A stretch of DNA of 64,000 nt, taken from the NCBI GenBank assembly GCA_963753285.1, contig CAVWBT010000005.1:132564-196563 (forward strand). The letters run 5' to 3'. The position numbers and the translations under genes are program-made. How positions within the stretch are numbered: position 1 is the stretch's first letter; every line of letters begins with the position of its first letter. Positions 39,429 through 48,994 of this stretch are shown piece by piece. The stretch is from an uncultured bacterium. Lineage in GTDB: Bacteria; Actinomycetota; Acidimicrobiia; Spongiisociales; ZC4RG35. Under the pieces are notes generated by a model. It saw nothing but the letters and a program-made list of their open reading frames with translations. It was not told the origin of the DNA and did no database searches.

Positions 39429-39461
39429 ACGGAACCGGCCCGCATCGCGGGCCGGTTCCGT
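39429..39461. terminator. 15-bp perfect intercistronic hairpin after the SBP gene
   Basis: ACGGAACCGGCCCGC-ATC-GCGGGCCGGTTCCGT. Confidence 0.75.
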
Positions 39462-39499
39462 CTAGGTTTGACCGGACGCCGAGCGAGACCGGGAGGACC

Positions 39500-41395
39500 A
39501 TGAACAGGTTCGTGATCACCATGCTGGGCATCGTCGCAGCCGTGGGTGGCAGCGCGATCGTCTTCATCGGTGTCAACAAACTGTACGACCTGACGGAGGA
39601 TCACTACTCCCGATTCAACGCGATCGTCGGTGCGCTCGTGTCAGCCGGCGCCTTGGGACTGCTCTGGGGGAATCGCCTCGTCGTGGCGCCGGCGATCGTC
39701 TGGCTGATCGCAATCGCGATCGGGGTCGCCACCGGATACGCCCTCGGTCTCTTCAAAGAGCCGATGCGTCGCCTTGCCAGCGGCGTCGCCGGCGGGTCCG
39801 CCCTTGGACTGCTCATCGGGATGCGCGCCCACGCGTCCATTCTGCCGTCCATCGATCCGCTCGCAGTCATCATCTGGCTGGCAATCGGGACTGGTGTCGG
39901 CTTTGCGGTCTCCATGATCAGCGGCGGACGGATCGACCGGCTCCGAGGCCTGCTCGCAGGGGGTGCCGTCGGCTGGTTGTTCGGTGCTTGGCTTGCATCC
40001 GACTTCGACGGCTCACGGGCTGAGGTCGTCATCGTGGCCACGGTGCTCGGGGGATTGGTCGGTGCCTTCCTCGGGCGGCGCCCCTATCCGAACCGCATCG
40101 AGCGAGGCAACATCGCCGTTTCGAGCCGGAAGTACATCTTCGCAGGACCGGCGCTCGTCTTCGTGGCGGCAGCGCTGCTCATTCCCCTCATCCGCACGAT
40201 CTGGCTGAGTCTGCTGACCGGCAACCCGAGAGACCTGACATGGACCGGCTTGACGAACTACGGCGACATCTTCACCGACCCCGGCATCATCGACTTCAGC
40301 GGGTTCGGGGAGATCTTCAGCAGCAACATGCTCTGGCTGGCCCTGGCACTCCTCGGCGGCGGCTTTATCGCCGGGCGGTTCGCAGGACGACAGCTCGGAA
40401 CCACGTTCGCAGTTGGCGGCCCCAGCCTGACGATGCTGGCGTCCGGTGTGTTGCTCTTCGGCTTTGCGCTGTTCACAACGATCCGCGGAACCATCTCGAA
40501 CAACCTGTGGTGGATCTTCACCGTCATCGTCTTCGCCGTGTCACTCGGCTTGGCTGTGGCGGTTCTGGCCGATCGGTCCAAGGGGGAGAACCTGGCCAAG
40601 TCATTGATCTTCCTCCCAATGGCGATCAGCTTCGTCGGCGCTGCGGTCATCTGGCGTCTCATCTACGTGGCGCGACCACCACAGGATCCTCAGAGCGGCG
40701 TCTTCAACACGCTGTGGGTGAAGCTCGGAGAGTGGACCAACTCGGCCACCGCGAGCACCGTGATCGTGGCCGTCCTCGCCCTTGTTGCTGCCGGCCTGGT
40801 CTATCTGGCGTGGAGGGGATGGCAGGCGGAGGCCAACTCCATCGTGGCAGGCTCGCTCACCATCGTGGCGGGTCTCGGCTACCTCATCTATCGGGTCGTC
40901 GGGCCGGGCATCGGTGGGGTTGCCATCAGCGAGGTCACCGGCGAGCTCATTGCCGACCCGGTGCTCTTCATCCAGGAATCACCCTGGAACAACTTCTGGA
41001 TGATGGTCGTGTTCATCTGGATCTACACAGGGTTCGCCATGGTCATCTTCTCGGCTGCCATCAAGGCGGTGCCTGAGGATCTGCTCGAGGCCGCCCGGAT
41101 CGACGGCGCCACCGAGTCGCAGACGTTCTGGCGCGTGACCGTGCCCCAGATCTTCCCGACGATCGGGGTCGTGGTGACATCTCTGGTGGTCAACTCTCTC
41201 AAGGTGTTCGACATACCCAAAGTCATGACCAACGGCAACTTCGACACGCAGGTGCTCGCCAACGAGATGTGGGAGAAGGCATTCACGCAGCTCAACTTCG
41301 GGCTCGGGTCTGCCGTTGCGGTGGTCCTGTTCATCGCAGTGCTTCCAGTGATGTACCTGAATATTCGCAGAATGCAGAGAGAGAGGTTGGGATGA
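39500..41395 (+). CDS. Carbohydrate ABC permease with a long extra N-terminal membrane domain
   Basis: LIFLPMAISFVGAAVIW, EAA motif (AIKAVPEDLLEAARIDGATESQTFW). Confidence 0.9.
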   Translation: MNRFVITMLGIVAAVGGSAIVFIGVNKLYDLTEDHYSRFNAIVGALVSAGALGLLWGNRLVVAPAIVWLIAIAIGVATGYALGLFKEPMRRLASGVAGGSALGLLIGMRAHASILPSIDPLAVIIWLAIGTGVGFAVSMISGGRIDRLRGLLAGGAVGWLFGAWLASDFDGSRAEVVIVATVLGGLVGAFLGRRPYPNRIERGNIAVSSRKYIFAGPALVFVAAALLIPLIRTIWLSLLTGNPRDLTWTGLTNYGDIFTDPGIIDFSGFGEIFSSNMLWLALALLGGGFIAGRFAGRQLGTTFAVGGPSLTMLASGVLLFGFALFTTIRGTISNNLWWIFTVIVFAVSLGLAVAVLADRSKGENLAKSLIFLPMAISFVGAAVIWRLIYVARPPQDPQSGVFNTLWVKLGEWTNSATASTVIVAVLALVAAGLVYLAWRGWQAEANSIVAGSLTIVAGLGYLIYRVVGPGIGGVAISEVTGELIADPVLFIQESPWNNFWMMVVFIWIYTGFAMVIFSAAIKAVPEDLLEAARIDGATESQTFWRVTVPQIFPTIGVVVTSLVVNSLKVFDIPKVMTNGNFDTQVLANEMWEKAFTQLNFGLGSAVAVVLFIAVLPVMYLNIRRMQRERLG

Positions 41396-42363
41396 CGGCG
41401 ACCGCTGAAGCGACGAAGGTCTCGGGTTCGGGGATCGCGGCCAAGCGGCCACTGGGCAATCGGATCTACGGATTCCTTCGTGCCGTTCCCACCTGGTTCC
41501 TCTGGATTCTCGTCATCGTGTGGAGCATTCCCACGTTCAGCCTGTTCGTGAACTCGTTCCGGACACGTGACGCCCAACGCGGGAGCGGGTTTTGGAACGC
41601 GCTTTCGGATCCGAGCTTCCCCACGCTCGACAACTATCGGGAAGTGCTGTTTCCCGACGTGGGTGCGGGACTGTGGAACGCCCTGCTCAACTCGGCTTCG
41701 ATTGCCATCGTGGCGACGATCATCCCGATTGCCATCGCGGCATTTGCGGCATACGCGTTCGCTTGGATCGACTTCCGCGGCCGAGAGTGGCTGTTCATCG
41801 CGACGGTTGCTCTGCTGGCCGTCCCGTCCCAGGTGGCGCTGATTCCGCTGCTGTCGGCGTACTCCAACGGGGTGCACTGGACGATCCCGTTCATCGAGAG
41901 GACGATCACGCTGTTCCCCGACCTGGACCTGTCAGGGCAGATACCTTCGGTTTGGCTCACCCACACCGGCTTTGCGATGCCGTTTGCGATCTTCCTGCTA
42001 CACAACTACATCGCGGGATTACCGAAGGACTTGTTCGAATCCGCCGCCATCGACGGTGCCGACCACTTCAAGGTGTTTTGGCGACTCGTGCTGCCGCTGT
42101 CCGTGCCGGTGCTGGCTGCCTTCGCCATCTTTCAGTTCCTCTGGACCTGGAACGACTACCTCATCGCGCTGACGATGATCGGTGGCAACCGTGAATCGCT
42201 GCCAGCGACCATCGTGGTGGCGTCACTGGCAGGCGAGTTCGGAGCTCGAGAACACCTGCTCACGGCAGGCGCCTTCGTCATCACGATCGCCCCGCTCGTC
42301 GTCTTCTTCGCATTGCAGCGGTTCTTCGTCCGAGGTATCACGGCAGGTTCGGTCAAGGGCTGA
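41392..42363 (+). CDS. Carbohydrate ABC permease
   Basis: EAA motif (LPKDLFESAAIDGA), FQFLWTWNDYL, LQRFFVRGITAGSVKG. Confidence 0.93.
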   Translation: MTATAEATKVSGSGIAAKRPLGNRIYGFLRAVPTWFLWILVIVWSIPTFSLFVNSFRTRDAQRGSGFWNALSDPSFPTLDNYREVLFPDVGAGLWNALLNSASIAIVATIIPIAIAAFAAYAFAWIDFRGREWLFIATVALLAVPSQVALIPLLSAYSNGVHWTIPFIERTITLFPDLDLSGQIPSVWLTHTGFAMPFAIFLLHNYIAGLPKDLFESAAIDGADHFKVFWRLVLPLSVPVLAAFAIFQFLWTWNDYLIALTMIGGNRESLPATIVVASLAGEFGAREHLLTAGAFVITIAPLVVFFALQRFFVRGITAGSVKG

Positions 42364-42367
42364 TTCG

Positions 42368-42410
42368 TCACACGTCTCACGTCTCACGTCTCACGCAGGC
42401 GTGGGACGTG
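42368..42410. repeat. TCTCACG heptamer tandem repeat plus partial inverted copy
   Basis: tcacacg-tctcacg x3, then GTGGGACGTG able to fold back. Confidence 0.7.
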
Positions 42411-42424
42411 GCGCGTCCACACCT

Positions 42425-42799
42425 GAAGGAGTTCTTGTTGGGAGGAGCGGGTCACGCTTGGTCCATATCTCCAGATGCAGATGCAGCGCCTGACTGACAA
42501 GAACGACGGTCGAGGCCGCAATCCGCGGTGGCAGCACTCGTCGTGGACGGCGGACCACCAGTCGACGTTCTTGGGACAGGGCGAACGCCACGGTTCTGTA
42601 CCCGCCACCGGCAACTTGGGGTGGTCGCTGTCCCAAGAACAGGAGGAGCACTCGCGAGCACGCAACTCCCGCCGTTGTGTGGGCCGAGCAGCAGTCCGCT
42701 CCGCGCCTGGTGCGGGTCATGTGGAGAATGTCGACCGGCAGCGGCTCCGCCCATGAGTGCTCCGCCGTTGCGTGTCAGCCCCCCGAGGGGAACTCCTTC
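42425..42799 (-). ncRNA. Unassigned ~375-nt multi-helix non-coding element between convergent genes
   Basis: Terminal 10-bp helix 42425-34/42790-99; 13-bp helix 42567-79/42628-40; 9-bp helix 42645-53/42755-63. No convincing ORF. Confidence 0.45.
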
Positions 42800-42852
42800 C
42801 GAGAACGGGGCATGCACGTGCAGCGTGAGGCCTTCGGCGTGGAGCGGTCAGC

Positions 42853-43917
42853 TCAGAGCGACGCTCTGAGCCGACCGTGGTCCAGGCGGGGGAGGACCAT
42901 CTCGGCGAAGCGCTCCGCCTCCGCGATGTGGGTGTAGCCGGAGAAGATGAAGGCGGAGACACCGGCCTCCTGATACGCCTGGATCTTCTCGACGACCTGG
43001 TCGGGGTTTCCGACGATCGCTGCGCCCGCACCGGATCGGGCTTTCCCGATTCCGGTCCAGAGGTTCGGTTCGGCGTAGCCGTCCTCCGAAGCGCTCTCCC
43101 GCAGGGCAGCCTGCCGCTGGACACCGACGGAGGCCGAGTCGAGTGACTTGCCTCGGATCGCAGCACCCGTCTCCGCATCCAGCTTCGAGATGAGCCGATC
43201 GGCATCGGCTCTGGCCTCCTGCTCGGTCTCGCGAACGATCACGTGTGAGCGCAGCCCGATCGCCAGGCTCCGGCCATGGTCGGCGGCTCGGTCCTGCATC
43301 TCGGTGGCGGTGGCGCCGACCGAGGCCACCGTGTCGGGCCAGGTGAGGAACACATCTGCCTCACGAGCGGCTACGTCCTTCGCCGCCTCCGAGAATCCTC
43401 CAAAATACATCGGCGGGCACATGCCCGACACCGTCGAGATGCGGGGCGGCTCCAGGTCGAGGTCGAGGAAGTCGCCGTGGATCTCGAGCTTCTCGTTGCT
43501 CAGCAGGGTGCGGAGCGCCTGCATCCATTCGATCGTCCGCTGGTATCTGGGTGCCGACTCCAGGCTCTCGCCAGGGATGTCGGACGAGATGATATTGATG
43601 GTCAGCCGGCCATCGAGCATCTGGTCGATGGTGGCCAGCTGACGGGCGAGCTGGGGCACCCACATCTCGCCCATACGAACGGCGACGAGCAGCTGGATCT
43701 GTTCGACCGTCGGCGCGATGGCGCTGGCGAACGAGACAGTGTCGATTCCGAGGGTGTATCCGCTGGGAAGCAGGATGTTGTCGAACCCGAGCCGGTCTGC
43801 CGTCTGGACGATGTCGCGGCAGTGTGGCCAGGAGCTCTTGAGTGCAGGATCGGGAACGCCGAGGAACTCGTAGTCGTCGTCGCACAGCGCGCCGAACCAG
43901 GAGACTTCGATGGTCAT
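42853..43917 (-). CDS. LLM-class flavin-dependent monooxygenase, sulfoquinovose monooxygenase (SmoC/SquD)-like
   Basis: EVSWFGALCDDDYEFLGVPD, GRLTINIISSDIPG, MYFGGFS, LWTGIGKARSGAGAAIVG, FIFSGY. These match my recollection of SmoC rather than generic SsuD. Confidence 0.8.
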   Translation of the reverse strand: MTIEVSWFGALCDDDYEFLGVPDPALKSSWPHCRDIVQTADRLGFDNILLPSGYTLGIDTVSFASAIAPTVEQIQLLVAVRMGEMWVPQLARQLATIDQMLDGRLTINIISSDIPGESLESAPRYQRTIEWMQALRTLLSNEKLEIHGDFLDLDLEPPRISTVSGMCPPMYFGGFSEAAKDVAAREADVFLTWPDTVASVGATATEMQDRAADHGRSLAIGLRSHVIVRETEQEARADADRLISKLDAETGAAIRGKSLDSASVGVQRQAALRESASEDGYAEPNLWTGIGKARSGAGAAIVGNPDQVVEKIQAYQEAGVSAFIFSGYTHIAEAERFAEMVLPRLDHGRLRASL

Positions 43918-44813
43918 GGGAGTGCTTCTCCTTCCGAAGCTTCGATCAGGGTGTACACGTCTTCTCTCGTGAGCGACACGTTCAACGCGGCGGTGGCCGC
44001 TTCCAGCCGTTCGGGCTTCTGGGACCCGACGATCGCCACCGGCTCCGACGGGTGTGCCAGGACGAATGCGAGAGCGATCGCAGTGCGGTCGACGTTCTCT
44101 CTCGATGCCAGCGCGTCGATCTCGAGCATCAGCTCCGTACGGATGTTGTGACCGGTGGCGAGTGCGCCGCCCGCCAGGGCGCTCCACGCGAGCGGGCGGA
44201 GGCCGAGCCGCATCGCCTGGTCGAGTGTGCCATCTCGGAGCGGATCGAGGTGGCTCACCGAGAACTGCGGCTGGGTGGAGACGACCGAATCGCCGAGATG
44301 AGCGAAGAGCGCCTCGGTTTGGGCGGGCGTGAAGTTCGACACGCCGACGGCGCCGATCTTCCCGGATTCGATGAATCCGGTGAGCGTGTCGGCGAGGTTC
44401 TCGGGATGGGTGAACATGTCCGGCCGGTGGATCTGATACAGGTCGATCCGATCGACACCGAGGCGTGTCAGTGATGCGTCGAGCGCCCCGGTGAGGTAGC
44501 GGCGGGAGGAGTCGTAGGGAACACCTGGCATGATCCCGCCCTTCGAGGCGAGCACCATGCGGTCGCGGAGCGCCGGCGAACTCGCCAGAACCGAACCGAG
44601 CAGGCGTTCGGCGTCACCGAACCCGTTGCCGCCCCAGTCGAGTCCGTAGATGTCGGCCGTGTCGATCAGGTTCATCCCGAGATCGAGTGCCGTTGCGACG
44701 AGGCCCGTGGCGGTGGGGACGTCGTGACCGACGAATCGCCAGTGTCCGAACGCGAGCGGACCAACCTCGGGGAGGGGCCCGAGCGACCGCGGTGATGAGG
44801 TGTTCAGGTTCAT
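43914..44813 (-). CDS. Aldo/keto reductase (YdhF/SmoB-like, putative 6-oxo-glucose reductase)
   Basis: IDTADIYG, LASKGG, LYQIHRPD, GVSNF, LAWSALAGG; stop overlaps the smoC-like start. Confidence 0.85.
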   Translation of the reverse strand: MNLNTSSPRSLGPLPEVGPLAFGHWRFVGHDVPTATGLVATALDLGMNLIDTADIYGLDWGGNGFGDAERLLGSVLASSPALRDRMVLASKGGIMPGVPYDSSRRYLTGALDASLTRLGVDRIDLYQIHRPDMFTHPENLADTLTGFIESGKIGAVGVSNFTPAQTEALFAHLGDSVVSTQPQFSVSHLDPLRDGTLDQAMRLGLRPLAWSALAGGALATGHNIRTELMLEIDALASRENVDRTAIALAFVLAHPSEPVAIVGSQKPERLEAATAALNVSLTREDVYTLIEASEGEALP

Positions 44814-44879
44814 GAGATCCTTGGATTGCGTGGCTCGCACAGGACCCTAGTGTGACGATAAACGCAGAAGGATCGGTGA

Positions 44880-45947
44880 ATGAGCGAACAGTTCCGCTAT
44901 GGCGTGATCGGTACCGGGATGATGGGTGTCGAGCACATCATGAACATCAACCACATCGACGGCGCCGCCGTCACTGCCTACGCCGACCCCTACGAGCCGT
45001 CGAGGGCGAACGCAGCTTCCATCACGACGGGCGCAGTCGGCTTCGCCGACTACCGCGAGCTGCTCGAGTCGGATCTCGTCGATGCCGTCGTGATCGTGAC
45101 ACCCAATCACACTCATGTAGACGTGCTCGCGGACGTGCTCGAAACGGATCTGCACGTGCTCGTCGAGAAGCCATTGTGTACCACCGTCGAGGACTGCCGG
45201 CTCACGATCGAGCGAGCGGCAGACCGTGACGCCATCACGTGGGTGGGGCTGGAGTATCGCTACATGCCGCCGGTGACTCGACTCATCGATGAGGTCCGGA
45301 AAGGGACCGTGGGCGACCTGAAGATGCTGGCGATCCGCGAGCATCGCTTCCCGTTCCTCCCGAAGGTCGACAATTGGAATCGCTTCAATCGCAACTCCGG
45401 GGGGACGCTGGTCGAGAAGTGCTGTCACTTCTTCGACCTGATGAACCAGATCGTCGGGGACGAACCGGTCCGCGTGATGGCTTCGGGCGCTCAAGACGTG
45501 AACCACCTCGACGAGTCGTACGGCGGAGAGACACCCGACATCCTCGACAACGCCTACGTGATCGTCGAGTACGACGGCGGGGCCCGGGCGATGCTCGATC
45601 TCTCGATGTTCGCAGAGGCGACCTACAACCAGGAGGAGATCGTCGCTGTCGGCGACAAGGGCAAGGTGGAGGCGTTCATCCCCGAGATGCTGATACGCAT
45701 CGGTCGCCGTGGCGAGCACTACATCGGACAAGCCGAACAGCAGACCGTCGTCGACCCGCGAATCAAGTTCCAGGGACATCACCACGGTTCGAGTTATCTC
45801 GAGCACCTCGACTTCATTGCGGCGTGCCGGAGCGGTTCCAGCGCTTCAGTCGACCTCGAAGCCGGCTTGATGAGTGTCGCCATGGGGATTGCGGCCCATC
45901 GGAGCATCGATGAACGCCGTATCGTCGAGATGTCCGAAGTGCTGTAG
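44880..45947 (+). CDS. Gfo/Idh/MocA-fold protein, probable NAD+-dependent sulfoquinovosidase (GH188/SqgA-like)
   Basis: IGTGMMG, VEKPLC, GLEYRY, REHRFPFLPKVDNWNRF, VEKCCHFFDLM, GHHHG; divergent from the smoB/smoC-like genes. Confidence 0.7.
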   Translation: MSEQFRYGVIGTGMMGVEHIMNINHIDGAAVTAYADPYEPSRANAASITTGAVGFADYRELLESDLVDAVVIVTPNHTHVDVLADVLETDLHVLVEKPLCTTVEDCRLTIERAADRDAITWVGLEYRYMPPVTRLIDEVRKGTVGDLKMLAIREHRFPFLPKVDNWNRFNRNSGGTLVEKCCHFFDLMNQIVGDEPVRVMASGAQDVNHLDESYGGETPDILDNAYVIVEYDGGARAMLDLSMFAEATYNQEEIVAVGDKGKVEAFIPEMLIRIGRRGEHYIGQAEQQTVVDPRIKFQGHHHGSSYLEHLDFIAACRSGSSASVDLEAGLMSVAMGIAAHRSIDERRIVEMSEVL

Positions 45948-46022
45948 GGCGCTTCACGCCACACGCTTCTGCGCAGTACGTCCGGATCCTCGGTTCACTG
46001 GTCGAAGTGATACGCTCCGAGC

Positions 46023-46385
46023 ATGTACGAGTCGTTCGTCGATCAGCAGATTCGCGAGGCTATGGAGCGGGGTGAGTTCGACGACCTTCCAGGCGCAGGC
46101 GAGCCGATTCCCGGAGCAGGGCGACCCTACGAGCCGAACTGGTGGGCCAAGTCGTTCCTCGATCGAGAGCGATCGAACGATCGGCGCCGGGCTGAATACG
46201 AGCGGATCGAGGCCCGGCTCGGTGGGCTGTGGGTGCTCGGCTCCGAGGCGGCGGTCCGTCAGTCGGTGGAACGACTCAACATCGAGATCTCAGATTTCGA
46301 CGATGGCGACCAACGATTCGAGCGCTTCGATGTCGAATCGGTCGTGGAGGCATGGAAGGCGATGGTGCGGGCTCGACGGGGGTGA
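46023..46385 (+). CDS. DUF1992 (DnaJC28-like) domain protein
   Basis: VDQQIREAMERGEFDDLPGAGEPI. Confidence 0.88.
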   Translation: MYESFVDQQIREAMERGEFDDLPGAGEPIPGAGRPYEPNWWAKSFLDRERSNDRRRAEYERIEARLGGLWVLGSEAAVRQSVERLNIEISDFDDGDQRFERFDVESVVEAWKAMVRARRG

Positions 46386-46600
46386 TCCGGACCGGGCTTC
46401 ATCGACACGACCAGAGTGCTTTCGAGATCGCGGTCCAGGACCGGATCGGCCTCGTGTCGAGGTCTCTTGCTGTGCGCCCAGCCCGAATCGAATCACTGGC
46501 TGCCGAGCGCATATCGGATATGCTGTTGGCTCCGAGAATCCGTCAATGGGGGGACAACCTGACTGCCGATACCCAGGAAGCCAAGACCGAGCGACGCGTC

Positions 46601-47425
46601 ATGGTCATCCGCACGTCGTGGGGCTTCTTCGTCAACTCGATCGTCGCCGCCGGGCTTGGCGTCGTGTTCGCCCGGCTCATCGAGCAGGCCGGCGTTGCAA
46701 TCGCTGGTCTCATCGGCGGTCGCGAACCCGTCTTCACGGCGGTCGTGACCGAACTCCGGGCTCCCGGATCCGACCTGGTGTACCTCGGGGGAACCATCGC
46801 GAGCCTGGTCGTCGGGGCGCTGCTGCTCTCGATGTATCCAAACGCCCTTGATCGTTCCGTCGGCAAGCTCCAGATGCTGTGGGTGATCCTGTTCACGCTT
46901 CGCAACGGCCTCTTCGATCTCGCCTCGACCGCCTACGTCGTCGACTCCCCGGTGGCGAAGGCACTGGCGACGTTCGAGGCGCCGGCCGGTCTCGACACGG
47001 TGTTGAGCGTGACCGGCGCCGTCGGCCTGGTGCTGCTGGCCGTGGCCGCAGCTCCTGCGTTCCTCGGTTTCTCCCGTCATCGCAGTGAGATCCTCACCGG
47101 CCCGGAACGGATCAGATACGTCGCCACCCTCGGACTGATGCCCGGCTTGGTCGGCCCCCTTCTCGCAGTGGTCTACTTCATCCCAGATCGAGGAACCGGC
47201 TTCACGGCCACACTGCCATTCCTCGGGGTGTTCCTCGTGATCACGGCGATCGCCGCCCGGTGGACCCGGGAGGTCGCCGAGCCGAAGCTGGTCCAGGAAC
47301 GGTCCTTGTCGATCGCGCTGGTCCTGGTGGCGCTCATCGTCTTCACCCTGCTCAGGTTCGTGATCGAGCCGGGGCTGGCGATCCCACCGTGGGACGACAA
47401 CCTCGTCTGGCAGCCCAGAGCCTGA
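46601..47425 (+). CDS. Multi-pass membrane hypothetical protein
   Basis: About 7 hydrophobic segments; start uncertain. Confidence 0.7.
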   Translation: MVIRTSWGFFVNSIVAAGLGVVFARLIEQAGVAIAGLIGGREPVFTAVVTELRAPGSDLVYLGGTIASLVVGALLLSMYPNALDRSVGKLQMLWVILFTLRNGLFDLASTAYVVDSPVAKALATFEAPAGLDTVLSVTGAVGLVLLAVAAAPAFLGFSRHRSEILTGPERIRYVATLGLMPGLVGPLLAVVYFIPDRGTGFTATLPFLGVFLVITAIAARWTREVAEPKLVQERSLSIALVLVALIVFTLLRFVIEPGLAIPPWDDNLVWQPRA

Positions 47426-47426
47426 C

Positions 47427-47906
47427 ATGGCACATGTGGCGTCGGTCGTCACGGCCAGCGATGGTGTTGCTGTCGGAGTTCGTGAGGACGTTTCGGGCCA
47501 CCTCGTCGCAGAGTTGTTGACCGAAGCCGGTTTCGAGGTGGGGGAGCACGTCGTCGTCCCCGACGACCTCGAATCGCTGATCCAGACGATCACCGATCTG
47601 GCGCGCCGTTCCCGGCTCGTCGTCACGACCGGTGGCACCGGCTTCGGGCCTCGAGACGTGACTCCGGAGGCGACTCGAGCGGTGATCGATCGGGAGGCTC
47701 CTGGGCTCATGCATCTCATGCTGTCTGCCGGATTGGAGAACACTCCCATGGCGGCGCTCTCGCGAGCGGTGGCAGGATCGACGGGATCGACACTCATCGT
47801 CAACCTCCCAGGCAGCCCGAAGGGTGTTCGCGAGAGCCTGGCTGCGGTGCTTCCGCTGGTTCCGCACGCGCTCGATCTGCTCGCCGGGGACACCGAACAC
47901 CGCTGA
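47427..47906 (+). CDS. mog: MogA/MoaB molybdenum cofactor biosynthesis protein
   Basis: [46 protein letters not shown]. Confidence 0.92.
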   Translation: MAHVASVVTASDGVAVGVREDVSGHLVAELLTEAGFEVGEHVVVPDDLESLIQTITDLARRSRLVVTTGGTGFGPRDVTPEATRAVIDREAPGLMHLMLSAGLENTPMAALSRAVAGSTGSTLIVNLPGSPKGVRESLAAVLPLVPHALDLLAGDTEHR

Positions 47907-47925
47907 TCCTCGTAGTGTTGCCGGT

Positions 47926-48990
47926 GTGACCGAACTCGACGGCATCCTGGAAACGATGATCGACTGGGCGTCCCGGGGTGTCCCGTTCGCGCTCGCCACG
48001 GTGGTCGGGGTTCGCGGCTCGACGTATCGGGGTCTCGCGGCCCGGCAGGCGGTGAGCGAGCACTCGGCGAGCGTCGGCACGATCTCCGGCGGTTGCCTGG
48101 ACAACGATCTCCATCAGGTCGCCGCAACCGTCATCGCGACCGGCGAACCGGTGCTCGTGGAGTTCGATTTGACCGCAGACGACGAGGCCATCTGGGGGTG
48201 GGGCATCGGATGTAACGGAGCGACGGAGGTCCTCGTCGAGCCGAGCAGTTCAGCGCTGCAGCTCGCCGAACGGCTTCGCGCGAGCCATCTCGGGCGTAGG
48301 TCCGCCATCATCCACTCGCTCGATCCGGACAGGCTGGCGACACGTCGCTTCGTCACCCCGACCGGGGACACGCCCGTCCTCGGGAAGCTCACCGAGGCTG
48401 CTCAGGAGGCCATGCGTGAGGGGCGGCATCGGGTCGTCGAGGTGGAAGGTGAGCGATCGCTGATCGAGGTCGTCGGCTCCCCGACGCGATTGCTGGTGTG
48501 CGGAGCGGGCCACGACGCGAACCCGGTGGTCAGGTACGGGCGGGAGCTCGGTTTCGAGACGATCGTGACGGATGACCGGCGCCACCTGCTCACCACCGAA
48601 CGGTTCCCGAACGGCACAGAGCTGGTTCATGCCGAAGCGAGAGAGCTGTCATCAGTGATCCCATTGGACGAACGCACCTATGTGGTGCTCATGTCCCACA
48701 ACTATCTCAGGGATCTCGAGTATCTGCGCCAGCTGCACGGCAGCCCTGTCGCATACATCGGTGCACTCGGGCCGAGCGAACGCCTCGATCGGCTCTTCGC
48801 CGATTTGGCTTCGGAGGGTGTGATGTTCGACGAGGAGATGAGACGCCGGATCCGGGGGCCGGCCGGGCTCGACATCGGCGCAGAGGGGCCCGTCGAGATC
48901 GCATGGTCGATCATGTCAGAGGTGCTCGCCATCAGATCCGGAGCAACCGGCGAGCCGGTGTCGGTGGTCAAACGGCGCGAACGGGACTGA
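47926..48990 (+). CDS. xdhC: XdhC/CoxI-family Moco-insertion accessory protein
   Basis: LATVVGVRGSTYR, GTISGGCL, GIGCNG, LVCGAGHDA, YIGALG, PAGLDIGAEGPVEIA.SI..E. Confidence 0.9.
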   Translation: MTELDGILETMIDWASRGVPFALATVVGVRGSTYRGLAARQAVSEHSASVGTISGGCLDNDLHQVAATVIATGEPVLVEFDLTADDEAIWGWGIGCNGATEVLVEPSSSALQLAERLRASHLGRRSAIIHSLDPDRLATRRFVTPTGDTPVLGKLTEAAQEAMREGRHRVVEVEGERSLIEVVGSPTRLLVCGAGHDANPVVRYGRELGFETIVTDDRRHLLTTERFPNGTELVHAEARELSSVIPLDERTYVVLMSHNYLRDLEYLRQLHGSPVAYIGALGPSERLDRLFADLASEGVMFDEEMRRRIRGPAGLDIGAEGPVEIAWSIMSEVLAIRSGATGEPVSVVKRRERD

Positions 48991-48994
48991 GCTG

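Noticed and set aside
42425-42799. RNase P RNA or tmRNA
   Set aside because: GAGGAAAGTCC and the tRNA-like ends with a TPsiC arm are absent on both strands.
42391-42869. Short ORFs (93-121 aa) across the structured element
   Set aside because: No family motifs, mutually overlapping frames and no good RBS-start pair.
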